Shown: positions 53,106 to 62,789 of the stretch, one piece after another
Layout: each line of letters starts with the position of its first letter
Numbering within the stretch: the first letter of the stretch is position 1
Source: an uncultured Actinomycetes bacterium
Lineage (GTDB): Bacteria; Actinomycetota; Thermoleophilia; UBA2241
Length of the DNA: 64,000 nt
Direction of reading: 5' to 3'
Assembly: GCA_963755025.1 (NCBI GenBank)
Contig: CAVWIH010000017.1
Location: 1 to 64,000, forward strand
Position numbers and translations under genes: made by a program
The notes under the pieces: model-generated
What the model saw: only the letters and a program-made list of their open reading frames with translations
What the model was told of the DNA's origin: nothing
The model's database searches: none

Positions 53106-53184
53106 AGGCTTGTTGGCGTCCGAGCGAAGCTCAGGGTGCGCACACAATCCACCATGGGCCCACAATCGTCATCTAGGGAGAGAC

Positions 53185-54405
53185 ATGAAGGAACGGAATC
53201 TTCTGGAGGATCTGGTCGCGGTCAGTCCCGGCATGGAGATCTGGTGGGATTCTTCGCCGGTCATCTTCGCGAACTGGCAAAAGAAGATGCTCGCCAAGGC
53301 CGAGCCCGGCGATCAGGAGAACCTGAAGGCGCAGTTTAAGCGCATGTACAACCTTGACGACCCGATGAGCCAGCTCTTCCGCGGCGTCACCACCAACCCG
53401 CCGCTGTCGCTGGCCGCGTTCAAAGACGACCCGCCGTACTGGCAGAAGGTCGCCGACGGCATCCTCGCCGCGCACGACGATCTCGACACCGAGACCCTGT
53501 TCTGGCTGCTCTACAAAGAGGTCGTCAAACAGGGTTCCGACATGTTCCTGCCGCTCTTCGAGGCGTCGGGCCACAAAGAGGGCTTCCTCTCCGGCCAGGT
53601 CGACCCGCGTAGCGCGTTCGACGGCGAGGCAATGCTCGCCCAGGCGCTCGAGATCTACAAGATCAACCCGAACGTCATGGTCAAGGTCCCCGGCACGGCC
53701 GAGGGCTACGAAGTGATCGAAGAGCTCACCGCGCGCGGCATCGCCACCAACAACACCATGACCTTCGTGCTTTCGCAGCTCATGGACTGCGCCAAGTCGG
53801 TGCAGCGCGGCGTCGAGAAGGCCAAGGCCAACGGCGTCGACCTGTCGAACTGGCGCTCGGTCATCACCCACATGGAAGCCCGCTACGGCGACCTCGGCGG
53901 CCTGCGCGAATTCGGCAAAGAGGCCGGCGTCGAGCTCACCGAAGGCGACGTGCGCATGGCCGAACTGGCCATCTTCAAGAAGGCCTGCCGCATCATCAAA
54001 GAGCGCAACTATCCGAGCAAGATGCTCTCCTGCTCGCTGCGTGTCGGCCCCACGGTCGACGGCGAGCTGCGCCTCTGGCACCTCGAGGAGAAGGCCGGCG
54101 CCGACGTGGTCGTCACCTGCCCGCCGTCGTTCATCGACGAGTGCATCAACTTCCCGGGCGCCGAGAACATCAAGTTCAAGCCCAACCAGATCGAAGTCGA
54201 TCCGCCCAAGGACGTCATGGACAAGCTCATGCGGATCCCCTACTTCGTGCGCGCTTACGACGAGAACGGCTACACCCGCGAGGAGTACGCGACGCATCCG
54301 GCCCTCGTAAAGACCCACGCCGCCTTCTCGAAGGCTACCCAAGAGATGGTCGACTTTGCGGGCAACTGCCTCGAAGGCAGCTGCGCACCTACGCCCGCTT
54401 CCTGA
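53185..54405 (+). CDS. Atypical transaldolase-family protein (406 aa)
   Basis: WWDS, GVTTNP, SGQVDPR, NVMVKVPGT (Schiff-base Lys), NNTMTF; GGGAG RBS. Confidence 0.85.
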   Translation: MKERNLLEDLVAVSPGMEIWWDSSPVIFANWQKKMLAKAEPGDQENLKAQFKRMYNLDDPMSQLFRGVTTNPPLSLAAFKDDPPYWQKVADGILAAHDDLDTETLFWLLYKEVVKQGSDMFLPLFEASGHKEGFLSGQVDPRSAFDGEAMLAQALEIYKINPNVMVKVPGTAEGYEVIEELTARGIATNNTMTFVLSQLMDCAKSVQRGVEKAKANGVDLSNWRSVITHMEARYGDLGGLREFGKEAGVELTEGDVRMAELAIFKKACRIIKERNYPSKMLSCSLRVGPTVDGELRLWHLEEKAGADVVVTCPPSFIDECINFPGAENIKFKPNQIEVDPPKDVMDKLMRIPYFVRAYDENGYTREEYATHPALVKTHAAFSKATQEMVDFAGNCLEGSCAPTPAS

Positions 54406-54430
54406 CGATCCCCGGTTGACGAAAGGACGA

Positions 54431-55540
54431 ATGAGCATGACGGAGAAAACGGCGAACGTGACTGATCTGTTCGTACCGTGGCTCGAGACTGCGCCCGAGT
54501 ACAACACCAGCATCCTCGACAAGGCCTGGGCGCAGCCCGACTACGGCCGCATGATGCTGAACGAGAACCCTGTGCCGCCGTCGGACAAGGTGGTCAACGC
54601 CGTCACCGAGATCGTCAAGAAGGGTAACCGCTACCCCGACAGCATGCTGCGCCTGCGCACCAAGCTCGGCGCCCTCCACGGTGTCGGCCCCGAGAACATC
54701 GCGCTGGCCAACGGCTCGTCCGAGACCATCGACGCCATGATGCGCATCTTCTTGCAGCCCGGCGACGAGTTCCTGCTGTCGAACCCGACGTTCGAGATGT
54801 TCCTCTCGCGCGCCGGCTTGTGCGGCGCCAAGAACGTGCAGATCGACCTGCAGAAGGACGGCCTGCAGTACGACGTCGACGCCATGCTTGCGGCGGTCAA
54901 CGAAAAGACCAAGCTCATCCTCATCATCAACCCGAACAACCCGACGGGCATCTTCATCGACGACGCCGACCTCATCAAGTTCTGCGAGCTCGGCATTCCG
55001 CTCTGCGTCGACGAGGCCTACCTCGACTACCATCCGCAGGTCGCCTCGAAGGTCGACCTCATCAAGACGTATCCGCACGTCTTCCTGTCGCACACCTTCT
55101 CCAAGGCCTTCGGCCTGGCCGGCATCCGCTTCGGCTACATGGTCGGCGTCCCCGAGGTCGTGCAGGCCTTCACCAAGATGTACCTGCCCTGGAACATGAG
55201 CCTCATGGCCATGGCCGCCGCCGAGGCCATCCTCGACAACCCCGAGGAGATCGCCGGCAAGGTCAAGTACAACAACGACTGGATGGACAAGTTCACCGCC
55301 GAGCTCAAGGCTCTCGGCCTGAACCCGTATCCGGCCCACGGCAACTACATGCTGATCGACGCCTCGGTTTCCGGTAAGACCACCGGCGAGATCGTCAAGG
55401 CCGCCTACGACTCCGACAAGCTCTTCCTCAAGACCATCAAGCCGATCCACGGCAAAGACGGCTACTTCCGCGTCACGCCCGGCACGGTCGAAGAGTGCGA
55501 GCGTTTCATGAACTTCATCAGGAGCTACTTCGCCAAGTAG
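54431..55540 (+). CDS. PLP-dependent aminotransferase, HisC/CobD-like
   Basis: LNENP, NRYPD, NGSSE, NPNNPTG, VDEAY, TFSKAFGLAGIRFG. Confidence 0.88.
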   Translation: MSMTEKTANVTDLFVPWLETAPEYNTSILDKAWAQPDYGRMMLNENPVPPSDKVVNAVTEIVKKGNRYPDSMLRLRTKLGALHGVGPENIALANGSSETIDAMMRIFLQPGDEFLLSNPTFEMFLSRAGLCGAKNVQIDLQKDGLQYDVDAMLAAVNEKTKLILIINPNNPTGIFIDDADLIKFCELGIPLCVDEAYLDYHPQVASKVDLIKTYPHVFLSHTFSKAFGLAGIRFGYMVGVPEVVQAFTKMYLPWNMSLMAMAAAEAILDNPEEIAGKVKYNNDWMDKFTAELKALGLNPYPAHGNYMLIDASVSGKTTGEIVKAAYDSDKLFLKTIKPIHGKDGYFRVTPGTVEECERFMNFIRSYFAK

Positions 55541-55580
55541 TGAGGCACCCGGACGCAACTGTCCCGCCCGTCAGCATGGT

Positions 55581-55610
55581 CTGCCCTCCCCCGCACGCGG
55601 GGGAGGGCAG
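55581..55610. terminator. REP-like or terminator hairpin
   Basis: CTGCCCTCCCCCGC-AC-GCGGGGGAGGGCAG. Confidence 0.55.
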
Positions 55611-55769
55611 GATTCGGGCGTTCGCAGCACCCACGCCGCCGACCGGTCCGCGCGGTGAGGCGCTTCTCAAAGCTTTTGTGACCGGACCGCCAGGGACGCA
55701 CGCCGCCAGTCGACGTTCGCCCCTTCTTTTTGTTGTCGAGCCGACCACTGCAAGAACGAAAGGACGCCG

Positions 55770-57803
55770 ATGAGCCCTGTGGCGAGCGCATTGACCCTCG
55801 AGGAGCGGTGCATCGACACCATCCGCTTTCTCGCCGTCGACGGTGTAGAGAAGGCCAAGTCCGGACACCCGGGCATGCCGATGGGCGCCGCGCCCATGGC
55901 TCACACGCTGTTCACCCGACACCTGCGGTTCGATTCGGCCGACCCGAGCTGGCCCGACCGTGACCGCTTCGTGCTGTCGGCCGGCCACGCCAGCATGCTG
56001 CTCTACTCGCTGCTGCACCTGACCGGCTACGACCTGAGCCTCGACGACCTGCGCGCCTTCCGCCAGTGGGGCAGCAAGACCCCGGGCCACCCCGAGTACC
56101 ATCACACCCCGGGCGTCGAGACGACCACCGGTCCCCTCGGGCAGGGCTTCGCCAACGCCGTCGGCATGGCCGTCGCCGAGCGCTTCCTGGCCGCCACCTT
56201 CGACGGCGACGTGGTCGACCACTACACCTACGCGCTCGCCGGCGACGGCTGCATGATGGAGGGCATCACCAGCGAGGCCGCCTCGCTCGCCGGCCATCAG
56301 AAGCTCGGCAAGCTCATCGTGCTCTACGACGACAACCACATCACGATCGACGGCTCCACCGACCTGGCCTTCACCGAAGACGTCTGCGCCCGTTATGCCG
56401 CCTACGGCTGGCAGGTGCAGCGCGTGACCGACGGCAACGACGTCGCAGCCATCGATGCCGCCATCGTCGCCGCCAAGGCCGACACCGAGCACCCGTCGCT
56501 GATCGCCGTGCGCACGCACATCGGCTGCGGCTCGCCCAACAAGCAGGACAAGGCCGCCGCCCACGGCGCCCCGCTGGGCGCCGACGAAGTCAAGCTCACC
56601 AAAGAAGCCTGCATGTGGCCGCTCGACCCGACCTTCTTCGTGGCCGACGACGTCAGGGCGTTCTACGCCGCGGCCGCCAAGCGCGGCGCCGCCGCGCACG
56701 CCGCCTGGAGCGAGCGTCACGCCGCCTGGGCCGCCGCCGACACCGCCCGCGCGACCGCCTGGAACGACGCCTGGGCCAACAAGCTGCCCGCCGGCTGGGA
56801 CGCCGATCTGCCGGTGTTCGCGCCCGACGAGCCCGCCGTCGCCACGCGCGTGGCGTCCGGCAAGGTCATCAACGCGGTGGCCCCCCACGTGCCCAACTTC
56901 ATCGGCGGTTCGGCCGACCTCGCGCCCTCGAACAACACGCTCATGAAGGGCGAGGCCGACGTGCAGGCGGCGACCCCCGCGGGGCGTAACTTCCACTTCG
57001 GCGTGCGCGAGCTCGCCATGGCCGCCATCGCCAACGGCATGGCCGCCCACGGCGCGGCGCGTCCGTACGTGGCGACCTTCTTCGTGTTCGTCGACTACAT
57101 GCGTCCCGCCATGCGCCTGTCGGCCCTCATGGGCCTGCCGGTCACCTACGTCCTCACGCACGACAGCGTGGGCGTCGGCGAAGACGGCCCGACCCATCAG
57201 CCGATCGAGCACCTCGCCATGCTGCGCGCCACGCCGAACTTCATCGACCTGCGCCCGGCCGACGCCAACGAGACCGTCGAGGCCTGGAAGATCGCTCTTG
57301 AGTCGACCGACGCCCCTGTCGGCCTCATGCTCACCCGGCAGAACCTGCCGACCATCGACCGCAGCGTCTACAGTGCGGCCGACGGCGTCGCCCGCGGCGC
57401 CTACGTGCTCGCCGACTCAGCCGGCGACGGCGCGCCCGACGTGATCCTCATGGCGAGCGGCAGCGAAGTGCAGCTCGTCCTCGCTGCCTACGAGCGCCTC
57501 GCCGCCGAAGGCGTGCGCTCGCGCGTCGTCAACATGGCGTCGTTCCGCCTGTTCGAGCGCCAGGACGCGGCTTATCGCGAGAGCGTGCTGCCGGCCGCCT
57601 GTCGCTGCCGCCTGGCCGTCGAAGCGGCCACCAGCTTCGGTTGGGACCGCTGGGTCGGCACCGACGGCGAGATCATCGCCATCGACCGCTTCGGCACGTC
57701 GGCTCCGGCGCCGACCATCTTCGAGCAGTTCGGCTTCACCGTCGACAACGTCTACGACAAGGCCAGCGCCCTCGTCGCAAGCGCGGCCGCGCCGGTCGCC
57801 TGA
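55770..57803 (+). CDS. tkt: Transketolase
   Basis: [51 protein letters not shown][12 protein letters not shown]. Confidence 0.98.
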   Translation: MSPVASALTLEERCIDTIRFLAVDGVEKAKSGHPGMPMGAAPMAHTLFTRHLRFDSADPSWPDRDRFVLSAGHASMLLYSLLHLTGYDLSLDDLRAFRQWGSKTPGHPEYHHTPGVETTTGPLGQGFANAVGMAVAERFLAATFDGDVVDHYTYALAGDGCMMEGITSEAASLAGHQKLGKLIVLYDDNHITIDGSTDLAFTEDVCARYAAYGWQVQRVTDGNDVAAIDAAIVAAKADTEHPSLIAVRTHIGCGSPNKQDKAAAHGAPLGADEVKLTKEACMWPLDPTFFVADDVRAFYAAAAKRGAAAHAAWSERHAAWAAADTARATAWNDAWANKLPAGWDADLPVFAPDEPAVATRVASGKVINAVAPHVPNFIGGSADLAPSNNTLMKGEADVQAATPAGRNFHFGVRELAMAAIANGMAAHGAARPYVATFFVFVDYMRPAMRLSALMGLPVTYVLTHDSVGVGEDGPTHQPIEHLAMLRATPNFIDLRPADANETVEAWKIALESTDAPVGLMLTRQNLPTIDRSVYSAADGVARGAYVLADSAGDGAPDVILMASGSEVQLVLAAYERLAAEGVRSRVVNMASFRLFERQDAAYRESVLPAACRCRLAVEAATSFGWDRWVGTDGEIIAIDRFGTSAPAPTIFEQFGFTVDNVYDKASALVASAAAPVA

Positions 57804-57816
57804 CGCACACACGCGC

Positions 57817-57868
57817 GGCGGTCGCGCCGGCCTCGTCCGAGGCCGGCGCGACCGCCTTCTTCGTTGTC
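57817..57868 (+). terminator. Intrinsic terminator after tkt
   Basis: 19-bp arms GGCGGTCGCGCCGGCCTCG-TC-CGAGGCCGGCGCGACCGCC followed by TTCTTCGTTGT. Confidence 0.8.
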
Positions 57869-57895
57869 TGGTCCGGCGTGGGGAGGAGGCGGCAC

Positions 57896-58543
57896 ATCGC
57901 ACCGACACTGCAGGCCATCGCCTTCGACCTCGACGGCACCCTGGCCAACACCTTGGCGCTGAACATCGCGGCCTTTCAGCACGCCCTCCTCGGGGCCACC
58001 GGCCGGCGCTTCAGCGCCCAGGAGGTCTGCGACCTGTGCGGGGCCGGCCAGGAGGGCGTCGTCAGGAGCGTCGTGACCGACCGCTGGCGCGAGTGCCTGG
58101 CCGACTTTCACGAGTACTTCGAAGCCCACTACGACGAGCAGGCGGCGCCCTACGACGGCGTCGCCGAGCTGCTCGCCTGCGTCGAGCAGCGCGGCCTCGC
58201 CGCGGCCATCGTGACCGGCGCCGGACGGCGCTGCGTCGACCTCACCCTCGGCAAGCTCGGCCTGACCGGCCGGTTCCCGCACGTCGAGACGGGCTCGCCC
58301 GACGGTCCGCGCAAGGCGGAGCAGCTCGCCGGCCTCATCGCAGAGTGGGGTGTGGCGGCCTCGCGGGTGGCCTACGTGGGCGACTTCGCCTCCGACATGA
58401 CGGCGGCGCGCGCCGCCGGCGCCCTGCCGCTGGGCGCGGCGTGGGACGGCGACGCCGATGCGTCCGCGCTGCGCGCGGCCGGCGCGCAGGCCGTCTTTGC
58501 GACGGTCGCGGAGCTGCGCGACTGGCTGTCGTCGCGCTCGTAG
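57896..58543 (+). CDS. HAD-family phosphatase; apparent start codon ATC
   Basis: FDLDGTL, IVTG, K, YVGD-x-x-SD motifs; GGAGGAGG lies 6 nt before in-frame ATC at 57896. Confidence 0.85.
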   Translation: MAPTLQAIAFDLDGTLANTLALNIAAFQHALLGATGRRFSAQEVCDLCGAGQEGVVRSVVTDRWRECLADFHEYFEAHYDEQAAPYDGVAELLACVEQRGLAAAIVTGAGRRCVDLTLGKLGLTGRFPHVETGSPDGPRKAEQLAGLIAEWGVAASRVAYVGDFASDMTAARAAGALPLGAAWDGDADASALRAAGAQAVFATVAELRDWLSSRS

Positions 58544-58623
58544 GTCCGCCGCGCTTCCAGGGGCGCCACTGCGCCCTCGCCGCGGCCTTTGGTGGGTGAC
58601 GCCGGCCGTATGCGGGTACTGTC

Positions 58624-59742
<1,119 letters not shown>

Positions 59743-59744
59743 CC

Positions 59745-60194
59745 ATGGGCCGGCGCAAGGACACCGTCGTCGTGAACGAGGAGCTGCTCGAGCAGTTGCG
59801 CGACGTCTACCGCGAGCTCGGCCCCGGGTTCCCGACCGCCGCCACGCGCCTGTTCAGCACCGAAGGGTCCGCCGACGGGGGCGATTGGGCGCTCAGCGTC
59901 AACGGCCACCTCTCGCGGCTCCTGAACGCGCATGAGCTGGCGAGCACCGACCTGTTCGTGCTGCCGTCGAGCTGGGAGGTCATGCGGGCCGAGGTGCGCA
60001 GCATCAAGGCGAGGCGCGACGTGGTCACCGTGACCGGGTTCATCTACTGCCGGCCGCGGGGCACCTGGGAGCACCTGCGGCTGCCCTTGCTGCACGTCTG
60101 GACGATCTGCGTCGACAGGGCGCTGCGCTTTGAGAGCCTGCTCGACGGCCTCGAGCTCAGGCGCGCCGACGGGCTCACCCGCTGCGCCGCCTGA
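59745..60194 (+). CDS. NTF2/SnoaL-like protein
   Basis: Helix then beta strands, DVVTVTG..R..G..LPLLHVWTI..RF pattern; starts 2 nt after the sigma stop. Confidence 0.55.
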   Translation: MGRRKDTVVVNEELLEQLRDVYRELGPGFPTAATRLFSTEGSADGGDWALSVNGHLSRLLNAHELASTDLFVLPSSWEVMRAEVRSIKARRDVVTVTGFIYCRPRGTWEHLRLPLLHVWTICVDRALRFESLLDGLELRRADGLTRCAA

Positions 60195-60254
60195 ACGTGG
60201 GGAATCCTCGCAGCCTGCTGGGCGCGACCACGGCCGGGCGGCCACCCGGCGCTC

Positions 60255-60944
60255 CTACCAGTCCTTGCGGAGCCCTCCGTCGCGGGCGAGCTTCTCGCGG
60301 CAGATCTGCTCGATGGCGCGGCGCACGGTGCGCGCCATGAGCCAGCCCACGACGGTTGCCGAGCCGGCGTAGCTCTGGGGCTCGCCGCGGCCCGTGCAGG
60401 CGACGACGACGGCGTCGGTCGAGGTGCCGCTCGCCGGCGCGCCCTCCGGGGAGAGCACCTGCCACGCGCCGAGCGCCAGCGTCTTGGCCTCGGTGGCGGT
60501 GATGACCGCGTTGACCAGGGCCGCCGGCGTGAGGTGTGCGTCGACCACCACGATCGTATTGATGGTGCCCGTCGCGTACGCCGACGGCGGGCTGACGCCG
60601 GCGCAGGCGCGGTTGCTGAGTCCCATCGAGACGACGGCCGCCACCGTCGTGCCGTCGCGCGACTCGGCGGCGAGGCGGGCGTACTGGGTCTTGGCCGCGG
60701 TCATGAGACCGACGAACGGCTCGTCGATCCCCAGGCTCGCGGCGAAGGCGGCGAGGTCGGCCGCGGGCGACGAGTCGGGGGAGACGTCGTCGACGTGCAT
60801 GTTGACGATCTCGCGGGCCGAGCCGAAGCCGCCGGCCACGAGCGCCGAGCTGAGCAGCGTCAGCGGCCGGGCGCTCGTCACCCGCACGACGGTCGCGTCG
60901 ATGGCGACGGCGACGCCGGCGATCGTGGTATCGAGAGGGGTCAT
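60255..60944 (-). CDS. cbiZ: Adenosylcobinamide amidohydrolase
   Basis: LSSA-x-x-x-GG, VGLMTAA, GLSN, GTINTI, TATEAK, SGTSTDA. Confidence 0.9.
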   Translation of the reverse strand: MTPLDTTIAGVAVAIDATVVRVTSARPLTLLSSALVAGGFGSAREIVNMHVDDVSPDSSPAADLAAFAASLGIDEPFVGLMTAAKTQYARLAAESRDGTTVAAVVSMGLSNRACAGVSPPSAYATGTINTIVVVDAHLTPAALVNAVITATEAKTLALGAWQVLSPEGAPASGTSTDAVVVACTGRGEPQSYAGSATVVGWLMARTVRRAIEQICREKLARDGGLRKDW

Positions 60945-60957
60945 GCGGCGGCCTGGG

Positions 60958-61446
60958 TCAGCTCTCAGCGTGGAGCCACTCGGCCACTCCTTCTGAGCGG
61001 ACGGTCGCGTAGATGGCTTCGGAGTACTTACCACTGCTCAGCGGCAGGCGCCACGGATCTGCCTGGGGGTTGAGCTCGTTGTCCGCTACGGCGGCGATCT
61101 GTCGTTCGGCATCGGGGTGATGCCAGAAGAGGTGCTCGCGGGCGTTGATCTTGACGGCCGCCTGCCGCTCCCAGCCCTTGCCGTCTTCCTGCGAGAAGAC
61201 GGTGTAGTAGCACGTGCCACGACCGGCTACGGGGTCGCTGAAGTGCGTGACGTCGCCCTCGACGACCAGCGTCTGAGACCCGTCGCGCGTATCGGCGCTG
61301 TCGGCGAACCGCTCACCCGACCGCAGGACCCGCCACTGCAGTCTCTCGCAGTTGCGCACCTCCCACCAGCCCTTCACCTCATCGCCGCTGTGGGCGCAAT
61401 GGAAGTGGGCCATGTGTGGGCCCTCGCCGCCGCCGAAAAGCCGCAT
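60958..61446 (-). CDS. Hypothetical protein with an Fn3-like segment
   Basis: W..RVLRS..F-x-D..G..YYTVF pattern; GGGAG RBS. Confidence 0.6.
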   Translation of the reverse strand: MRLFGGGEGPHMAHFHCAHSGDEVKGWWEVRNCERLQWRVLRSGERFADSADTRDGSQTLVVEGDVTHFSDPVAGRGTCYYTVFSQEDGKGWERQAAVKINAREHLFWHHPDAERQIAAVADNELNPQADPWRLPLSSGKYSEAIYATVRSEGVAEWLHAES

Positions 61447-61706
61447 GTCATCTCCCAAGGTCGTGTGCTGATGGTGAGAGCCGCCGGTCGTTCCGATCAT
61501 AGTCGGTGGGCATGCTGAAGACGAACCGCCGCGCTCCTCTGGGCGACGACGCTCCGCCGCCGGCTCCCGTCCTTTCCGCAGGTTGACGGTCCCGGGGGCC
61601 TGCGCTAGCGTCGCGCCCGTCGTCTGACGCGACGGCCAGACCCCGGCGTCGCACCGGCAACCCCCGACCGAGGCCGCTCCTTCATGAGATCACCCCTGGC
61701 GCTCCA

Positions 61707-62645
61707 GTGACCGTCTCTCCGGGCGCGGTCGCCCTGACCGTGCTGCTGGCCGGCCTGCTCGACGTGAGCTGCGGTGAGCCCTCCAACGCCGTCCACCCGG
61801 TGGCCTGGCTGGGCAGCCTGATCGCGCTGCTCGACCGCCACGCGCCCCGCGAGCGGCCGCGCGCCGAGCTCGCCTATGGCGCCGGCATCGTGCTGGTCGC
61901 CTGTGCCGCGACTGCCGCCGTCGGGCTCGCGCTGTGCCTGGCGGTGGTGCGCCTGCCCTGGTGGCTCGCCGTGCCCATCGCGGCGGTCGCCCTGAAGGTG
62001 AGCTTCTCGCTGCGCGGCCTGGTCGGCGCCGGGCGCTACGTGCAGCGCAACCTGGGCGACGACACCGCCGCCGCCCGCGAGGGGTTGCGGGCGCTGGTCA
62101 GCCGCGACCGCGAGCTGAGCCCGCCCGAGGTCGCCTCGGCGGCCATCGAGTCGCTCGCCGAGAACCTGTCCGACAGCGTCGTCGCGCCGCTGTTCTGGTT
62201 CGCCCTGCTGGGGCTGCCCGGAGCGTTCGTCTACCGGGCCATCAACACCATGGACGCGATGATCGGGTACCACGGCCGCTACGAGTACCTCGGCAAACCG
62301 GCGGCGCGGTTCGACGACCTCGTCAACCTCGTGCCGGCGCGCCTCACCGGCCTGCTGCTCGTGGCCCTCGCCGGCCTGCACGGTCGCGGGGCCGCGGCCT
62401 GGAGCGCGCTGCGCCGGCAGCATCGCCTGTCGTCGAGTCCCAACAAGCTCTGGACGATCGCCCCCATGGCCGCCGCCCTGGGCGTGCGGCTGGCCAAGGC
62501 CGGCGAGTATGCCGTCGGCGTCGACGAGACCGCGCCCACCGCCACCAGCATCGGCCGGGCGGCGGCGATCGTCTGGCAGGCCGGCGCGCTCACCCTGCTG
62601 GCCGCCGCGGGCCTGGCCGCCCTGGTCGCGGCCCTCTGGCGCTGA
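61707..62645 (+). CDS. cbiB: Adenosylcobinamide-phosphate synthase (CbiB/CobD)
   Basis: GEP..HPV, LVSRD, ESLAENLSD-x-VVAPLFW, YRAINTMDAMIGY, DD-x-x-N-x-VPAR. Confidence 0.95.
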   Translation: MTVSPGAVALTVLLAGLLDVSCGEPSNAVHPVAWLGSLIALLDRHAPRERPRAELAYGAGIVLVACAATAAVGLALCLAVVRLPWWLAVPIAAVALKVSFSLRGLVGAGRYVQRNLGDDTAAAREGLRALVSRDRELSPPEVASAAIESLAENLSDSVVAPLFWFALLGLPGAFVYRAINTMDAMIGYHGRYEYLGKPAARFDDLVNLVPARLTGLLLVALAGLHGRGAAAWSALRRQHRLSSSPNKLWTIAPMAAALGVRLAKAGEYAVGVDETAPTATSIGRAAAIVWQAGALTLLAAAGLAALVAALWR

Positions 62646-62789
62646 GCTGCCAAAAAGGCCAAACCGGCGGCGCGCGAATAGCCTGCGACAGGCGTGGCGG
62701 CGGTTGCAGTCTCGCGAGAGACTTGGCACACTCCTTTATGAGGCAGGCGTGCGTCCTGCGACCGCGCAACCCCCCGTCACGAGGTCAAC

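Noticed and set aside
54431-55540. Firm hisC or cobD gene symbol
   Set aside because: Fold motifs fit both, and the context is neither a his nor a cob operon
61450-61706. Cobalamin riboswitch between cbiZ and cbiB
   Set aside because: No B12-box or GGGAA..GCCACTG..GGGAAG core seen on either strand
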